Source: an uncultured Alphaproteobacteria bacterium
GTDB lineage: Bacteria; Pseudomonadota; Alphaproteobacteria; Methylaequorales; Methylaequoraceae
Length of the DNA stretch: 64,000 nucleotides
NCBI GenBank assembly: GCA_902526175.1
Contig: CABZJY010000001.1
Coordinates: 66,682 to 130,681, forward strand
Direction of reading: 5' to 3'
Numbering within the stretch: position 1 is the first letter of the stretch; every line of letters starts with the position of its first letter. Shown one piece after another: positions 10,720 through 20,696 of this stretch. A program made the position numbers and the translations under genes. The notes below the pieces were generated by a model. It had not been told where the DNA came from. It worked only from the letters and a program-made list of their open reading frames with translations, and ran no database searches.

Positions 10720-12321
10720 ATGAGTGAAATAATTTGGGGAAGATATTCACTATTAGTTTATACTGGCATATTTAGTGCCATCACCTTCCTCTTGTTATTA
10801 TACTACCCATTTGTTGTAATTTTTTTCTTACCTTCATTTATATTATTTTCTATAGCAATTTATGATTTTCTTCAAAAAAAAAGATCAGTTTTATCAAATT
10901 TTCCATTATTAGGTAGATTCCGATTTTTTCTTGAAAGTATAAGACCTGAATTGCGTCAATATTATTGGGAATCCGACGATGATGAATTACCTTATTCACG
11001 AAATCAAAGAACCATGGTTTATGAAAGGGCAAAAAATGTTGGAGGAGTAAGGCCCTTTGGATCATTGGAGAAAATGTATAATGATGATTTTGTCTGGTTA
11101 AACCACTCCATTCAGCCTTCAAATATAACGGTTGATGATTTTAAAACAAAAGTAGGAATAGGGAAAAATTCATATTTAATGTCTGTTCTCAATATTTCTG
11201 GAACGTCTTTTGGTGCTATGTCACCTCCAGCAATAGAGTCACTAAATAAATCAGCTAAAATTGGAAAGTTTGCCCATAATACCGGAGAAGGTTCATTGTC
11301 AAAATATCACGAGGCTGGAGGGGGAGATTTAGTTTGGCAAATTTCAACAGGTTATTTTGGTTGTAGAACAAAGAATGGAAATTTTTGTAGAAAACAGTTT
11401 TCTAAGAAGTCAAAACTAGATCAAGTTAAAATGATAGAAATAAAATTAAGTCAAGGAGCTAAACCTGGTCATGGTGGAATGTTACTTGCTGAAAAAGTAA
11501 CAGAAGAAATAGCAGAGACAAGAGGTGTTGAAGTTGGTAAAGATTGTATATCACCTTCAAGTCATTCAGAATTTTCAAACCCTATTCAACTTTTGAACTT
11601 TGTTGAAGACTTGAGGAAACTGTCAAATGGAAAACCTGTAGGTATAAAGCTTTGCGTTGGGCACCCTTGGGAGCTCATTTCTATAATTAAGGCAATGGTT
11701 AATACAAAAAAATATATTGACTTTATAACTGTAGACGGTGCGGAGGGAGGAACTGGTGCAGCTCCAGTTGAATTTACAGATCATTTAGGCTGTCCTTTAA
11801 AGGATGCTGTCGTATTTGTTGAAAATGCCTTAATTGGTGCTAATTTAAGAGATCGTGTTAAAGTCGGTGCTTCAGGAAAAATAGTATCAGCATTTGATAT
11901 TGCGCATATATGTGCATTAGGAGCTGACTGGGTTAATATGGCAAGGCCATTTATGTTTTCAATTGGTTGTATTCAATGTAGATCATGTCATACGGGAGAA
12001 TGTCCAACTGGAATTGCTACAATGGATCCTATGAGATATCGCGCAATTGATATAGAGGATAGATCAAATAGAGCTGCAAATTTTCACAAAAACACAATTT
12101 CAGTTTTAAAAGAATTTCTTGAAGCTGCTGGAGTTGAACATACACACGAACTGAATAGAAGACATGTCGTTAGAAGATTATCTGAAAGTGAAATAAAACT
12201 CGCCGACCAAATTTATCCAAAAGTTGAAAAAGGAGAACTAATTAAAGGTAAAAAAACTGCTGATCCGAGATTAGCAAGTTACTGGGACAGAGTGAGTCAA
12301 AATAGTTTTCAATTCAAGTAA
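10720..12321 (+). CDS. FMN-binding glutamate synthase family protein (GltB domain-2-like) with N-terminal TM segments
   Basis: KLSQGAKPGHGG, TVDGAEGGTGAAP and the CxxC..C cluster CIQCRSCHTGECP. Confidence 0.7.
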   Translation: MSEIIWGRYSLLVYTGIFSAITFLLLLYYPFVVIFFLPSFILFSIAIYDFLQKKRSVLSNFPLLGRFRFFLESIRPELRQYYWESDDDELPYSRNQRTMVYERAKNVGGVRPFGSLEKMYNDDFVWLNHSIQPSNITVDDFKTKVGIGKNSYLMSVLNISGTSFGAMSPPAIESLNKSAKIGKFAHNTGEGSLSKYHEAGGGDLVWQISTGYFGCRTKNGNFCRKQFSKKSKLDQVKMIEIKLSQGAKPGHGGMLLAEKVTEEIAETRGVEVGKDCISPSSHSEFSNPIQLLNFVEDLRKLSNGKPVGIKLCVGHPWELISIIKAMVNTKKYIDFITVDGAEGGTGAAPVEFTDHLGCPLKDAVVFVENALIGANLRDRVKVGASGKIVSAFDIAHICALGADWVNMARPFMFSIGCIQCRSCHTGECPTGIATMDPMRYRAIDIEDRSNRAANFHKNTISVLKEFLEAAGVEHTHELNRRHVVRRLSESEIKLADQIYPKVEKGELIKGKKTADPRLASYWDRVSQNSFQFK

Positions 12322-12324
12322 ATT

Positions 12325-12693
12325 ATGAATAAAGATATTATACATTGGAAAAAAGGTGAAGTTATTTATGACATAGGAGATGAGCCTGAAGCCGCATTCA
12401 TAATTAATAGCGGGCAAGTTGAAATTAAGTCCTCAGAGGGTATCAAAGTTGGTATTATAAAGGAAAATGAGATTTTTGGTGATAAGGCCTGTATATTAGG
12501 CTTAAAAAGATCTGTTAAAGCGATCGCTTTCATTGAAACCTCAGGTATTATAGTATCGCGAAATGTCTTACTTGATGCCATGAAGGATACCCCAGTAATA
12601 ATTAAAGCAATTCTAAGATCAACCTATTTAAGATTGGATGGTGCAAATCTTATAAATGAAAAAATAAAGGATTTGAAATCAAGCTTATCATGA
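12325..12693 (+). CDS. Cyclic nucleotide-binding domain protein
   Basis: The IFGDKACILGLKRSVKAIA pattern is typical of cNMP-binding beta-barrels; 122 aa. Confidence 0.5.
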   Translation: MNKDIIHWKKGEVIYDIGDEPEAAFIINSGQVEIKSSEGIKVGIIKENEIFGDKACILGLKRSVKAIAFIETSGIIVSRNVLLDAMKDTPVIIKAILRSTYLRLDGANLINEKIKDLKSSLS

Positions 12694-12706
12694 TATAAAA
12701 AAAATT

Positions 12707-13315
12707 ATGACAAATGATGATCAAGAGAATGAAAATTCAATTAGTAAAGCAGGAAAGTTTTTTTCAAAAAAATTAGATCAAAAATATGTTATTGATGATG
12801 AATTTGAAAATGCTAAATTTAGGGATCTTGATGATGAATCATTAAAAATTAGTAAAATTAAGGCACGAATAAATACTTTAAGAAATAAAGAAAAAAAAAT
12901 TAAAGTAAAAATAACTGAGAAAAATCAAGACAAAACAAATCAAGAGAGTATAAAAGAAAATCTAAAGCAATCAAATACGGAAAAGTTTGTAATAAATAAC
13001 TCAACTAAAAATTTAGATTCAAACAGTAATCCAATTTTAAACTTTTTGCTCAAAAAAGATAATGATGATAAAATTAAAGTGGTTGTTTTGAATAACTTTG
13101 AAATTAATTCTTCATTATTTTTATCAGGGCAAACAATAGAAATCCCAAAATATTTAATTATTGAAATGATATCTAGAGGGTTAGCAAGATTGTTAAACAA
13201 ACATGAAATACAAAAATATAAGGAAAGTTACACTTTTACAGTAAATGAAACATTCGGGTTATCAGAACTTAAAAAATCAAAACTAAATAATAACAAGAAA
13301 TTTTCTGATAATTAA
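12707..13315 (+). CDS. Hypothetical protein (Lys/Asn/Glu-rich)
   Basis: ORF only; no motif recognised. Confidence 0.35.
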   Translation: MTNDDQENENSISKAGKFFSKKLDQKYVIDDEFENAKFRDLDDESLKISKIKARINTLRNKEKKIKVKITEKNQDKTNQESIKENLKQSNTEKFVINNSTKNLDSNSNPILNFLLKKDNDDKIKVVVLNNFEINSSLFLSGQTIEIPKYLIIEMISRGLARLLNKHEIQKYKESYTFTVNETFGLSELKKSKLNNNKKFSDN

Positions 13316-13340
13316 ATTTATCATTTAAATTTCAGATGTT

Positions 13341-13414
13341 GCTCTTATAGTTAAATGGTATAATACATTCTTGGTAAGAATGAGTTTCCTGGTCAGTACA
13401 GGGTAAGAGCACCA
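13341..13414 (+). tRNA. tRNA-Thr(GGU)-like gene, atypically AT-rich, with encoded CCA
   Basis: GCTCTTA-TA-GTTA-AATGGTA-TAAT-A-CATTC-TTGGTAA-GAATG-AGTT-TCCTG-GTCAGTA-CAGGG-TAAGAGC-ACCA. Cloverleaf with U8, A14, G18G19, U33, G53:C61, G1:C72 and C2:G71, but an unusual T-loop (G54, G58). Confidence 0.55.
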
Positions 13415-13419
13415 AAAAT

Positions 13420-14634
13420 ATGAAAAAAAATATAACAAAATACATTTTATATTCTTTTATTTATGGATTTTTACTTGGGATTATCTTAAATATCTTCCAA
13501 GATTTAAACAATGATGTATTCAATTTTTTTGTAACTGTTTTTGACTTTGGGGGAAACTTCTTTCTCTCAGTACTAAAAATGCTTGTTGTCCCTATAGTCT
13601 TTGCATCAATTATTTGTGGTCTTTTTGGTCTCAAGGATTTTTCTAGTCTTGGGAGGATTAGCCTTAAAACAATAACTGTATATCTTATTACAACATCTTT
13701 AGCTATTTCTTTGGCCTTGTTAGTATCTTATTTTATTCAACCTGGGTTAGGTACTGAAATAAAACTCCAAACTGGAGACTTTTCTATTGGAGAAAAACCA
13801 TCAGTTTTAGAAGTACTGTTAAATATAATTCCGCAAAATCCTTTCAAAGCATTAGTAGAGGGAAATATGTTACAAGTTATTTTTTTTTCAATCCTATTAG
13901 GCGTTGGAATATCTCTTTGTGGAGAAAACGGAAAACCACTTGAGAAGTTTTTTCAAAGTTTAAATATTGTTAACCTTAAGTGCCTAGAAATTATTATGAA
14001 AGTTGCACCTTTAGGAATTTTTTGTCTAATATCAAAAACCTTTTCATCCCAAGGAATTGAAATAATATATGAATTAGGAAAATATTTTTTTACTGTCGCT
14101 TTTTGCTTAGTCGTTCATATGTTCTTAGTTTATGGTTCATTAATTAAATTTCTAAGCAAAATAAACCTAATATTCTTTTTTAAACAAATAAAAGACGCAA
14201 TGTTTTTTGCCTTCTCCACTTCAAGTAGTAGTGCGACAATACCTATAACATTGAGGGTTGCAAAAGAAAATCTAAAAATTAGAGAGAATATTGCCTCTTT
14301 TACTGTGCCATTAGGATCCACAATTAATATGGATGGTACAGCAATTATGCAAGGTGTCGCAACAGTTTTTATCGCCAATATTTATGGTATTAGTTTAATG
14401 CCAAGTGATTATATATCTGTCATAGTAACTGCTACTTTAGCGTCTATTGGAACTGCTGGAGTTCCTGGTGTTGGTCTTATTATGCTAGGAATGGTATTAA
14501 ATCAAATTGGACTACCTCTTGAAGGAATAGCTTTAATTATTGGTGTTGATAGAGTTTTAGATATGATGAGAACTGCAACAAATGTTTCAGGAGATATTGC
14601 AGTAAGTTTATTTATTAATCATACTGAAAAATAA
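13420..14634 (+). CDS. Dicarboxylate/amino acid:cation symporter (DAACS/GltP-SstT family)
   Basis: FSTSSSSATIPIT, TINMDGTA and GVDRVLDMMRTATNVSGD are family signature blocks; multi-TM. Confidence 0.8.
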   Translation: MKKNITKYILYSFIYGFLLGIILNIFQDLNNDVFNFFVTVFDFGGNFFLSVLKMLVVPIVFASIICGLFGLKDFSSLGRISLKTITVYLITTSLAISLALLVSYFIQPGLGTEIKLQTGDFSIGEKPSVLEVLLNIIPQNPFKALVEGNMLQVIFFSILLGVGISLCGENGKPLEKFFQSLNIVNLKCLEIIMKVAPLGIFCLISKTFSSQGIEIIYELGKYFFTVAFCLVVHMFLVYGSLIKFLSKINLIFFFKQIKDAMFFAFSTSSSSATIPITLRVAKENLKIRENIASFTVPLGSTINMDGTAIMQGVATVFIANIYGISLMPSDYISVIVTATLASIGTAGVPGVGLIMLGMVLNQIGLPLEGIALIIGVDRVLDMMRTATNVSGDIAVSLFINHTEK

Positions 14635-14644
14635 AGAGTTTTTA

Positions 14645-14818
14645 ATGAAATGGTTTATAATAGATTATGAAATTTCAATTTTTGGTAAAGATACTGAGAC
14701 TGTAAAAGCCACAGATAAAGAAACAGCAAAATCTATTGCTTTATTAGAAATTGCGAAAAGGCACGGAGTAAAAGAGCACGAAATAGAAATTTTTAGTTGT
14801 AAAGTTATTCAATCCTAA
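14645..14818 (+). CDS. Possible 57-aa protein
   Basis: My translation: MKWFIIDYEISIFGKDTETVKATDKETAKSIALLEIAKRHGVKEHEIEIFSCKVIQS. Below the track length cut-off; its 3' end overlaps the convergent pyrC-like gene by 14 nt. Confidence 0.25.
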   Translation: MKWFIIDYEISIFGKDTETVKATDKETAKSIALLEIAKRHGVKEHEIEIFSCKVIQS

Positions 14819-16136
14819 ATTTTATTTTTTGGCCTCTTGGCTTGCCTAATATTTGGTCTTCAGACATAACAATTTCTCCATTTACAATTGTATGAACAGG
14901 CCATCCAATAACTGTTTCTCCATCATATGGAGTCCATCCAGATTTGCTAGCTATCCAATTATTTTCAATTCTTCTTTTTTTTTTCAAGTCGACAATTGTA
15001 AAATCTGCATCATTTCCAACTTCAATCTTACCTTTTCCAATGATACTAAATATTTTGCAAGGGTTTGAGGAAGTTAGTCTAACAAAATCATGAATTCCAA
15101 TTTTATTTTGATTAACAAAATTAAGCATTATTGGGACTAATGTCTGAACTCCAGTCATGCCTGAAGGAGAATTTGGATATTTTTTTTTTTTCTCTTCCAG
15201 AGTATGGGGAGCATGATCTGAACCAATAACATCAATGATTTTATTTTTTACTCCGTACCATATTCCTTCTTGATGATCCTTACTCCTAATAGGAGGATTC
15301 ATTTGTGCTAATGTCCCCAATTTTTGGTAACAATCAGGTGAATGAAAATATAAATGTTGAGGTGTAGCTTCACAGGTAACTAATTTTTTATTTTTTTTTA
15401 TTAAATCTATTTCTTCTTTTGTTGATATATGCAAGATATGTATTTTTCTGGAAACCTTTTTTGAAATTTGAATTAACCTTTTTGTGCTCTCAATTGCTGA
15501 GATAGAATCTCTCCATATTGGGTGATATTTAACATCTACATTAGAATCATTGACAATTGTTTTTCTTTTTCTTAATCTATACTCATCCTCAGAATGTATC
15601 GCAACTCGTCTGGCGCCACAAGCTAATATTTTTTCTAAACTATTATCATCTTCTATCAATAAACTTCCTGTTGAAGAACCCATAAATATTTTAATTCCAG
15701 AACAGCCTTCGCTTTTTTCAAGATATTTTAATTCTCCAATATTTTCTCTTACAGCACCAATATAGAAACTATAATTACAAAAACTGTTGTCTTCTGCTAT
15801 TTTTAATTTTTGATTAAGGGCTTCCACTGTGGATGTTGGTGGATTAGTATTAGGCATTTCAAAGATACTAGTGATTCCCCCAAGTATGGCTCCCCTCGTA
15901 CCAGAGTTAATATCCTCCTTATGAGTAAGTCCTGGTTCTCTAAAATGTACTTGTGAATCAATGCATCCTGGTAATATTGTCAAATTACTCATATCATATG
16001 TGTTTTTACCCTTATTTTGATTAATATTACCAATATGAGATATTTTATTTTTTTTTATACCAATATCAATTTCAGACTGAATGCTATTTCCAACGAAAGC
16101 ATTTCCATTTTTCAAGATATAGTCAAAATATTCCAT
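14805..16136 (-). CDS. pyrC: Dihydroorotase-type cyclic amidohydrolase
   Basis: CIDSQVHFREPG metal-binding motif and GSDHAPHTLEEK; 443 aa. An allantoinase or hydantoinase alternative cannot be excluded. Confidence 0.6.
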   Translation of the reverse strand: MEYFDYILKNGNAFVGNSIQSEIDIGIKKNKISHIGNINQNKGKNTYDMSNLTILPGCIDSQVHFREPGLTHKEDINSGTRGAILGGITSIFEMPNTNPPTSTVEALNQKLKIAEDNSFCNYSFYIGAVRENIGELKYLEKSEGCSGIKIFMGSSTGSLLIEDDNSLEKILACGARRVAIHSEDEYRLRKRKTIVNDSNVDVKYHPIWRDSISAIESTKRLIQISKKVSRKIHILHISTKEEIDLIKKNKKLVTCEATPQHLYFHSPDCYQKLGTLAQMNPPIRSKDHQEGIWYGVKNKIIDVIGSDHAPHTLEEKKKKYPNSPSGMTGVQTLVPIMLNFVNQNKIGIHDFVRLTSSNPCKIFSIIGKGKIEVGNDADFTIVDLKKKRRIENNWIASKSGWTPYDGETVIGWPVHTIVNGEIVMSEDQILGKPRGQKIKFRIE

Positions 16137-16148
16137 CTTAAATTATTA

Positions 16149-17891
16149 TTAATTATAATTTTCCAATATATCAAAAGAATTTCCAAAGTCCTTAATATTT
16201 TCATGGTGAATGAGAAACCAGATAGAAAAAAATAATAATCTCCAAACTATTATAGAATTCTTTTTGTTATTTTTAGTATTCATACATAAACTTTTAATTT
16301 TAGAGGGTTTAAGAAGTTCATTAAGTATTTTACTTTTTGGAAGTAGATCAGATAGTATTTTAGATTTTTTTGGAATCCATTCTGATATAGGAACTGTAAA
16401 ACCCTCTTTTTTTGAAAAAGCTTTATAAAAAGGAATTTCATTATTTAGAAAAACTCTGAGACAGTATTTACCGTAATTATTTTTAATTTTGCTTTCATCG
16501 GTCATAAAAAAAAAGTTTTCAAATAATTCTTTGTCTACTAATGGGGTCCTGCCCTCAATACTGTGAGCCATTAGACATCTATCCAACTTAGTTAAAATGT
16601 TATTCGGTAACCATTCATAATAATCAAAAATTTGATCCTTTTGTAAAGCAGTTAAATCATAATCAAATATTTTTGATTTAACGAACGATAAATCAAAATC
16701 CCATTTTGTCTTATTACTTTCTTCAGCAAGAAATTTATCAAATATACCTCTACTTAAAAATCCCTTTCTAAACCTCTTTCTTAAATTATCTCTATACCTT
16801 CCATAACCAGCAAATAATTCATCACCACCCTCGCCTGTTAAAACAACCTTTACATAATTTTTTGCCACTGAAGCTAATTTATAGGTCGGTATTATTGCAT
16901 AGTCTGATACTGGATCATCCATAAAACTAATAGATTTTGGTAAAATATTCCAAAAATCGTTTTCACTAAATTCAATGGATTGTAAATTAGCTCCAAATCT
17001 TTTTGCAAGTAATCCAATGTCATCATTCTTTTTTTCCATACCTTTAAAAAAAATATTGAATGCTTTTATTGGCTTTTTATTAATCAAAGACATAAGATAC
17101 AATACCAAGGTAGAATCAATACCTCCTGAAAAAAAAACTCCATAGGGTACATCACTTCTTTGATGAAGATATACTGATTCTAATAATTTATCTTTCAATT
17201 TATTATGACTAACAACAACTTTTTTTGTTGAATTTTCAATATTTATAATTTTACTTTTTATAATCTTAAAATCTCTAATTATCAGAGTCTCTCCAGGTCT
17301 TATTCTTGAAATATTTTTAAAAATTGTTTTTCTCCCTGAATTAAATTGTATTTGTACTAATTCAACAATTTTTCTTTTATCTATTTTCTTTTTTATTAAT
17401 TTTGATTTAATTATTGGTTTAATTTCTGATGAAAAAACAAAATTATTATTATCTTGGAAAAAATATAATGGTTTAATGCCAAAGGAATCTCTTGACAGGA
17501 TTAGCTCTTTTTTAGTTTTGTCATAGATTGCAAACGAAAACATACCCCTTAACTTTTCAAAACCCTTAATTCCATATTTTTTATATACTGCAATTATAGT
17601 CTCGCAATCTGAATTTGTTTTATACTTGAAATCTTTTAACAAATTTCTCAATTCAAGATCATTATAAATTTCTCCATTAGCTACCAAAACACACCCAGCG
17701 TTTATTATAGGTTGTATTCCACCTTCAATATCAACAATTGATAATCTTTTATGAACAAAAATAAGGTTTTTACTTTTAAAAGTTCCAGTATTGTCAGGCC
17801 CCCGATGATGAAGTAAGTTTCCTGCATTAAGAAATTTGTTAACTTTTCTTTTATCCAACTCTTTTGATAATAATCCTAAGAATCCACACAT
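16149..17891 (-). CDS. asnB: Asparagine synthase (glutamine-hydrolysing) family amidotransferase
   Basis: N-terminal MCGF (Cys2 nucleophile) and FFSGGIDS PP-loop; 580 aa; within a glycosyltransferase block. Confidence 0.7.
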   Translation of the reverse strand: MCGFLGLLSKELDKRKVNKFLNAGNLLHHRGPDNTGTFKSKNLIFVHKRLSIVDIEGGIQPIINAGCVLVANGEIYNDLELRNLLKDFKYKTNSDCETIIAVYKKYGIKGFEKLRGMFSFAIYDKTKKELILSRDSFGIKPLYFFQDNNNFVFSSEIKPIIKSKLIKKKIDKRKIVELVQIQFNSGRKTIFKNISRIRPGETLIIRDFKIIKSKIINIENSTKKVVVSHNKLKDKLLESVYLHQRSDVPYGVFFSGGIDSTLVLYLMSLINKKPIKAFNIFFKGMEKKNDDIGLLAKRFGANLQSIEFSENDFWNILPKSISFMDDPVSDYAIIPTYKLASVAKNYVKVVLTGEGGDELFAGYGRYRDNLRKRFRKGFLSRGIFDKFLAEESNKTKWDFDLSFVKSKIFDYDLTALQKDQIFDYYEWLPNNILTKLDRCLMAHSIEGRTPLVDKELFENFFFMTDESKIKNNYGKYCLRVFLNNEIPFYKAFSKKEGFTVPISEWIPKKSKILSDLLPKSKILNELLKPSKIKSLCMNTKNNKKNSIIVWRLLFFSIWFLIHHENIKDFGNSFDILENYN

Positions 17892-18946
17892 AATTTATTA
17901 ACTTTGTAAAAAAAATTTATATATTTCTTAGTAACATTTTTTTCTGAATAATATTTTGTAAACATTTCAAATCCATTTTGTATTATTTTTTGTTTTAACT
18001 CTTTGTTTGCCTCCAATATTTTTATACATTCTACAAGTTTTCTAATATTTTTTTTTTGGAACTTGAGTCCGTTCACCTTATGTTTTATAAGATTTGCTGG
18101 TCCCATAACATTTGCAGCAACAACTGGTACCTTGTGTGACCATGCTTCTAAAATTACATTTCCAAGTGGCTCAATGATTGATGAGCATACTACTACATCC
18201 ACTGAATTATAATATTTTGATATCTTGTCTTCCCAACTAAATATTTTGACTCTTTCCTGAACATTATGTTTTTTTGCAATTGAAATATATTCACTTTTTA
18301 AAAAACCTTCTCCAACCAACCACAATTTATGTTCAGGGAGCTGGTCAAGTGCTTTTATAACTGTTTCAAAGTTCTTATTTTCATGAAATCTACCAACTCC
18401 TAAAATTATTTTATCACTGTGTTTTCTTTTGAAATTTGGAATAGAATTTTCTTGCACAAAATTAGGTAAATAAAATACTTTATTTTTATCCCAACCCTTA
18501 TCAATAATATATTTTCTAATTTCTTCAGTATTTGCTATTAAATAATCACAATTGATATAATTTTTTAATTTATAAAATCCACCTAATCTACCAATTCTTA
18601 TTTCATTATTATATTTTTTTTCAGGAATCATTAATGAAGCTCGATTCATCCATGTTACAATTAAATTTGGTTTAAATTCTTTACAAATTTTTACAAATTT
18701 TGATTTAGAAAGAAAATCAAACTTGTTATAAAAATTTAATTCATAAACCTTTATTTTGTTAATTTTAAAAAAATTAGATCTTTTTTTATTTTTTCTTATT
18801 ACAACTCGAACATCAAATTTATTTTCTTTGTTTAATGAAATAGAGATTCTTTCAAAAAACCTTTCAGCACCGCCTCCAGCGGATCCGGACATAACGTTTA
18901 AAACTTTTAAAAATTCTTTTCCCACATTTCTGCTACTTTTTGCCAT
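17876..18946 (-). CDS. Glycosyltransferase family 4 (GT-B)
   Basis: SGSAGGGAERFF at the N-terminus and C-terminal EPLGNVILEAWSHKVPVV (E-x7-E type). Confidence 0.65.
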   Translation of the reverse strand: MAKSSRNVGKEFLKVLNVMSGSAGGGAERFFERISISLNKENKFDVRVVIRKNKKRSNFFKINKIKVYELNFYNKFDFLSKSKFVKICKEFKPNLIVTWMNRASLMIPEKKYNNEIRIGRLGGFYKLKNYINCDYLIANTEEIRKYIIDKGWDKNKVFYLPNFVQENSIPNFKRKHSDKIILGVGRFHENKNFETVIKALDQLPEHKLWLVGEGFLKSEYISIAKKHNVQERVKIFSWEDKISKYYNSVDVVVCSSIIEPLGNVILEAWSHKVPVVAANVMGPANLIKHKVNGLKFQKKNIRKLVECIKILEANKELKQKIIQNGFEMFTKYYSEKNVTKKYINFFYKVNKLCVDS

Positions 18947-19941
18947 GAATAATGCAAATTATTTTTTAACATATATTTATGCATCTTCAACCAACATTTA
19001 TTGTCTGTCAATATTTCAATCGCCCTACTACTAAATTCTTCATCTGAATTACAAACATAACCTGACCTTTTATTAGAAACTCTTTCAGCTAAACACCCAA
19101 GATTTTTAACCACTGTCGGTATACCTAATACTTGTGCTTCAGCAACTGACATACAAAATGTTTCATTTATACTACCTTGATACAAAAATAATCTTGAGGT
19201 TTTTATATATTTTACTAATTCTTGCCTTTTGACAGGCTTATTTAAAATAACACCTTTATTCTTTAAATTTTCGGCTCTTTGTAAAATAGGTAAAACTTTT
19301 TCTAATTTTTTCTTTCCAAAATCTCCATAGGTTTTTAAACCAGTAAATAAATTTAATTTTGCATCAGGAACTTTTGGATAAATATCCTTTTCCCATCTAT
19401 CTAATAACCAATCTAAACCTCTTTCCGGATTGGATGTAAAAATTACATTTTTTTTCGGTACTTTAAGTTCAGTTATATTTTTGAAAATAAAATTTTGAAT
19501 ACCGTATGGAATAACAATTCTTTTTTTTGATGGTGCCCATTTTGGGTAACTATTTAAATGATAATTACTTGAGAAGATTATGTTCGCAGGATTGAAAAAA
19601 AGTTTTTTAATATACCTTAATTTCAGAAGATAAGTTGCTGGATTGTGAATCCAGAAAATTCTATTTTTACAATTTTTTTTAAAATTAAGAAATTTATCTC
19701 CTCTGTTCATGATTAATATATTGAATTTTTCATCATTTATTTTATATGAAAGTTTTTTCCAATTAACGCCTTTAATTAAGCCAGTATTTTTACAATTATT
19801 ATAAACACACACTTCGTAATTTTTTTTTGCTAATGCCTCAGCAAGAGAAACAAAAGCTGACTCCGCTCCACCTGTAGATTTTTCTCTTGCAGTAATGCTA
19901 TCAAATTCAATGCCATCATCAATAAATAAAATTTTCTTCAT
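18907..19941 (-). CDS. Glycosyltransferase family 4 (GT-B)
   Basis: TGGAESAFVSLAEAL and ETFCMSVAEAQVLGIPTV motifs. Confidence 0.6.
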   Translation of the reverse strand: MKKILFIDDGIEFDSITAREKSTGGAESAFVSLAEALAKKNYEVCVYNNCKNTGLIKGVNWKKLSYKINDEKFNILIMNRGDKFLNFKKNCKNRIFWIHNPATYLLKLRYIKKLFFNPANIIFSSNYHLNSYPKWAPSKKRIVIPYGIQNFIFKNITELKVPKKNVIFTSNPERGLDWLLDRWEKDIYPKVPDAKLNLFTGLKTYGDFGKKKLEKVLPILQRAENLKNKGVILNKPVKRQELVKYIKTSRLFLYQGSINETFCMSVAEAQVLGIPTVVKNLGCLAERVSNKRSGYVCNSDEEFSSRAIEILTDNKCWLKMHKYMLKNNLHYSWQKVAEMWEKNF

Positions 19942-20696
19942 TTTTTTTGTTGATTTTTATATTTTAAAAAAGAAATTAATGGATAGATAGATGCTATTAT
20001 TGCAATTACAAAACCATATTTTTTTTCTTTATAACCTTTCCTAAGAAAAAAACATTTCCAAAACCTTGAAAATAAACGTCTTATATTCATTGTCAAATTT
20101 TCATCAATATTAAGATCTAGTATATCTTTTGCTCTCGCTTCAGAATAGGAATTTAATTTATGAAACATATCTTCAACGTCCTTACAATAAAAATGCGTAA
20201 GTCTATTTTTGAGGGTAAACCCCTTCTTACCATTTAATGAAATTTTTGGGTGAACATTCTGAAAGCCCCATTTCTTACTTTTCCTTTTAAATAATCCTGG
20301 ATATGAAGATTTTCCAAAATATGCTCCCCAACCAAATTTAACTGGGTCCTTTCCAATAAAATTCATAACTGGTATGTGATGAAAATTATATTTAGAAATT
20401 TTTATAACCTCTTTTATTTCTTTGCTCAGAGATTCACTTACTCTTTCATCGGCGTCAATTTCAAGTACCCATTCATATTTACATTTTGAAATTCCATAAT
20501 TTCTTCTCTCGCCTTCATTTTTCCAAGAACCTGAGTAAATAGTGTTTGTATATTTTTTTGCAATTTTTTTTGTATTATCTTCACAAGAATCAAGTATAAC
20601 AACTATCTCATCACCAAAATTTAACGTTTCTAAACAATTTGAAATTTGCTTTTCTTCATTCTTTGCAACAACTAAAATTGAAAGTCTATTGCTCAT
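19938..20696 (-). CDS. Glycosyltransferase family 2
   Basis: LSILVVAKNEE and EIDADERV (DxD region) motifs. Confidence 0.6.
   Translation of the reverse strand: MSNRLSILVVAKNEEKQISNCLETLNFGDEIVVILDSCEDNTKKIAKKYTNTIYSGSWKNEGERRNYGISKCKYEWVLEIDADERVSESLSKEIKEVIKISKYNFHHIPVMNFIGKDPVKFGWGAYFGKSSYPGLFKRKSKKWGFQNVHPKISLNGKKGFTLKNRLTHFYCKDVEDMFHKLNSYSEARAKDILDLNIDENLTMNIRRLFSRFWKCFFLRKGYKEKKYGFVIAIIASIYPLISFLKYKNQQKK

Noticed and set aside
13341-13414. Whether this is a T-box or other riboswitch leader upstream of the transporter.
   Set aside because: The element itself folds as a tRNA cloverleaf. I see no specifier loop, no T-box sequence and no terminator/antiterminator alternative between it and the ATG 5 nt away.
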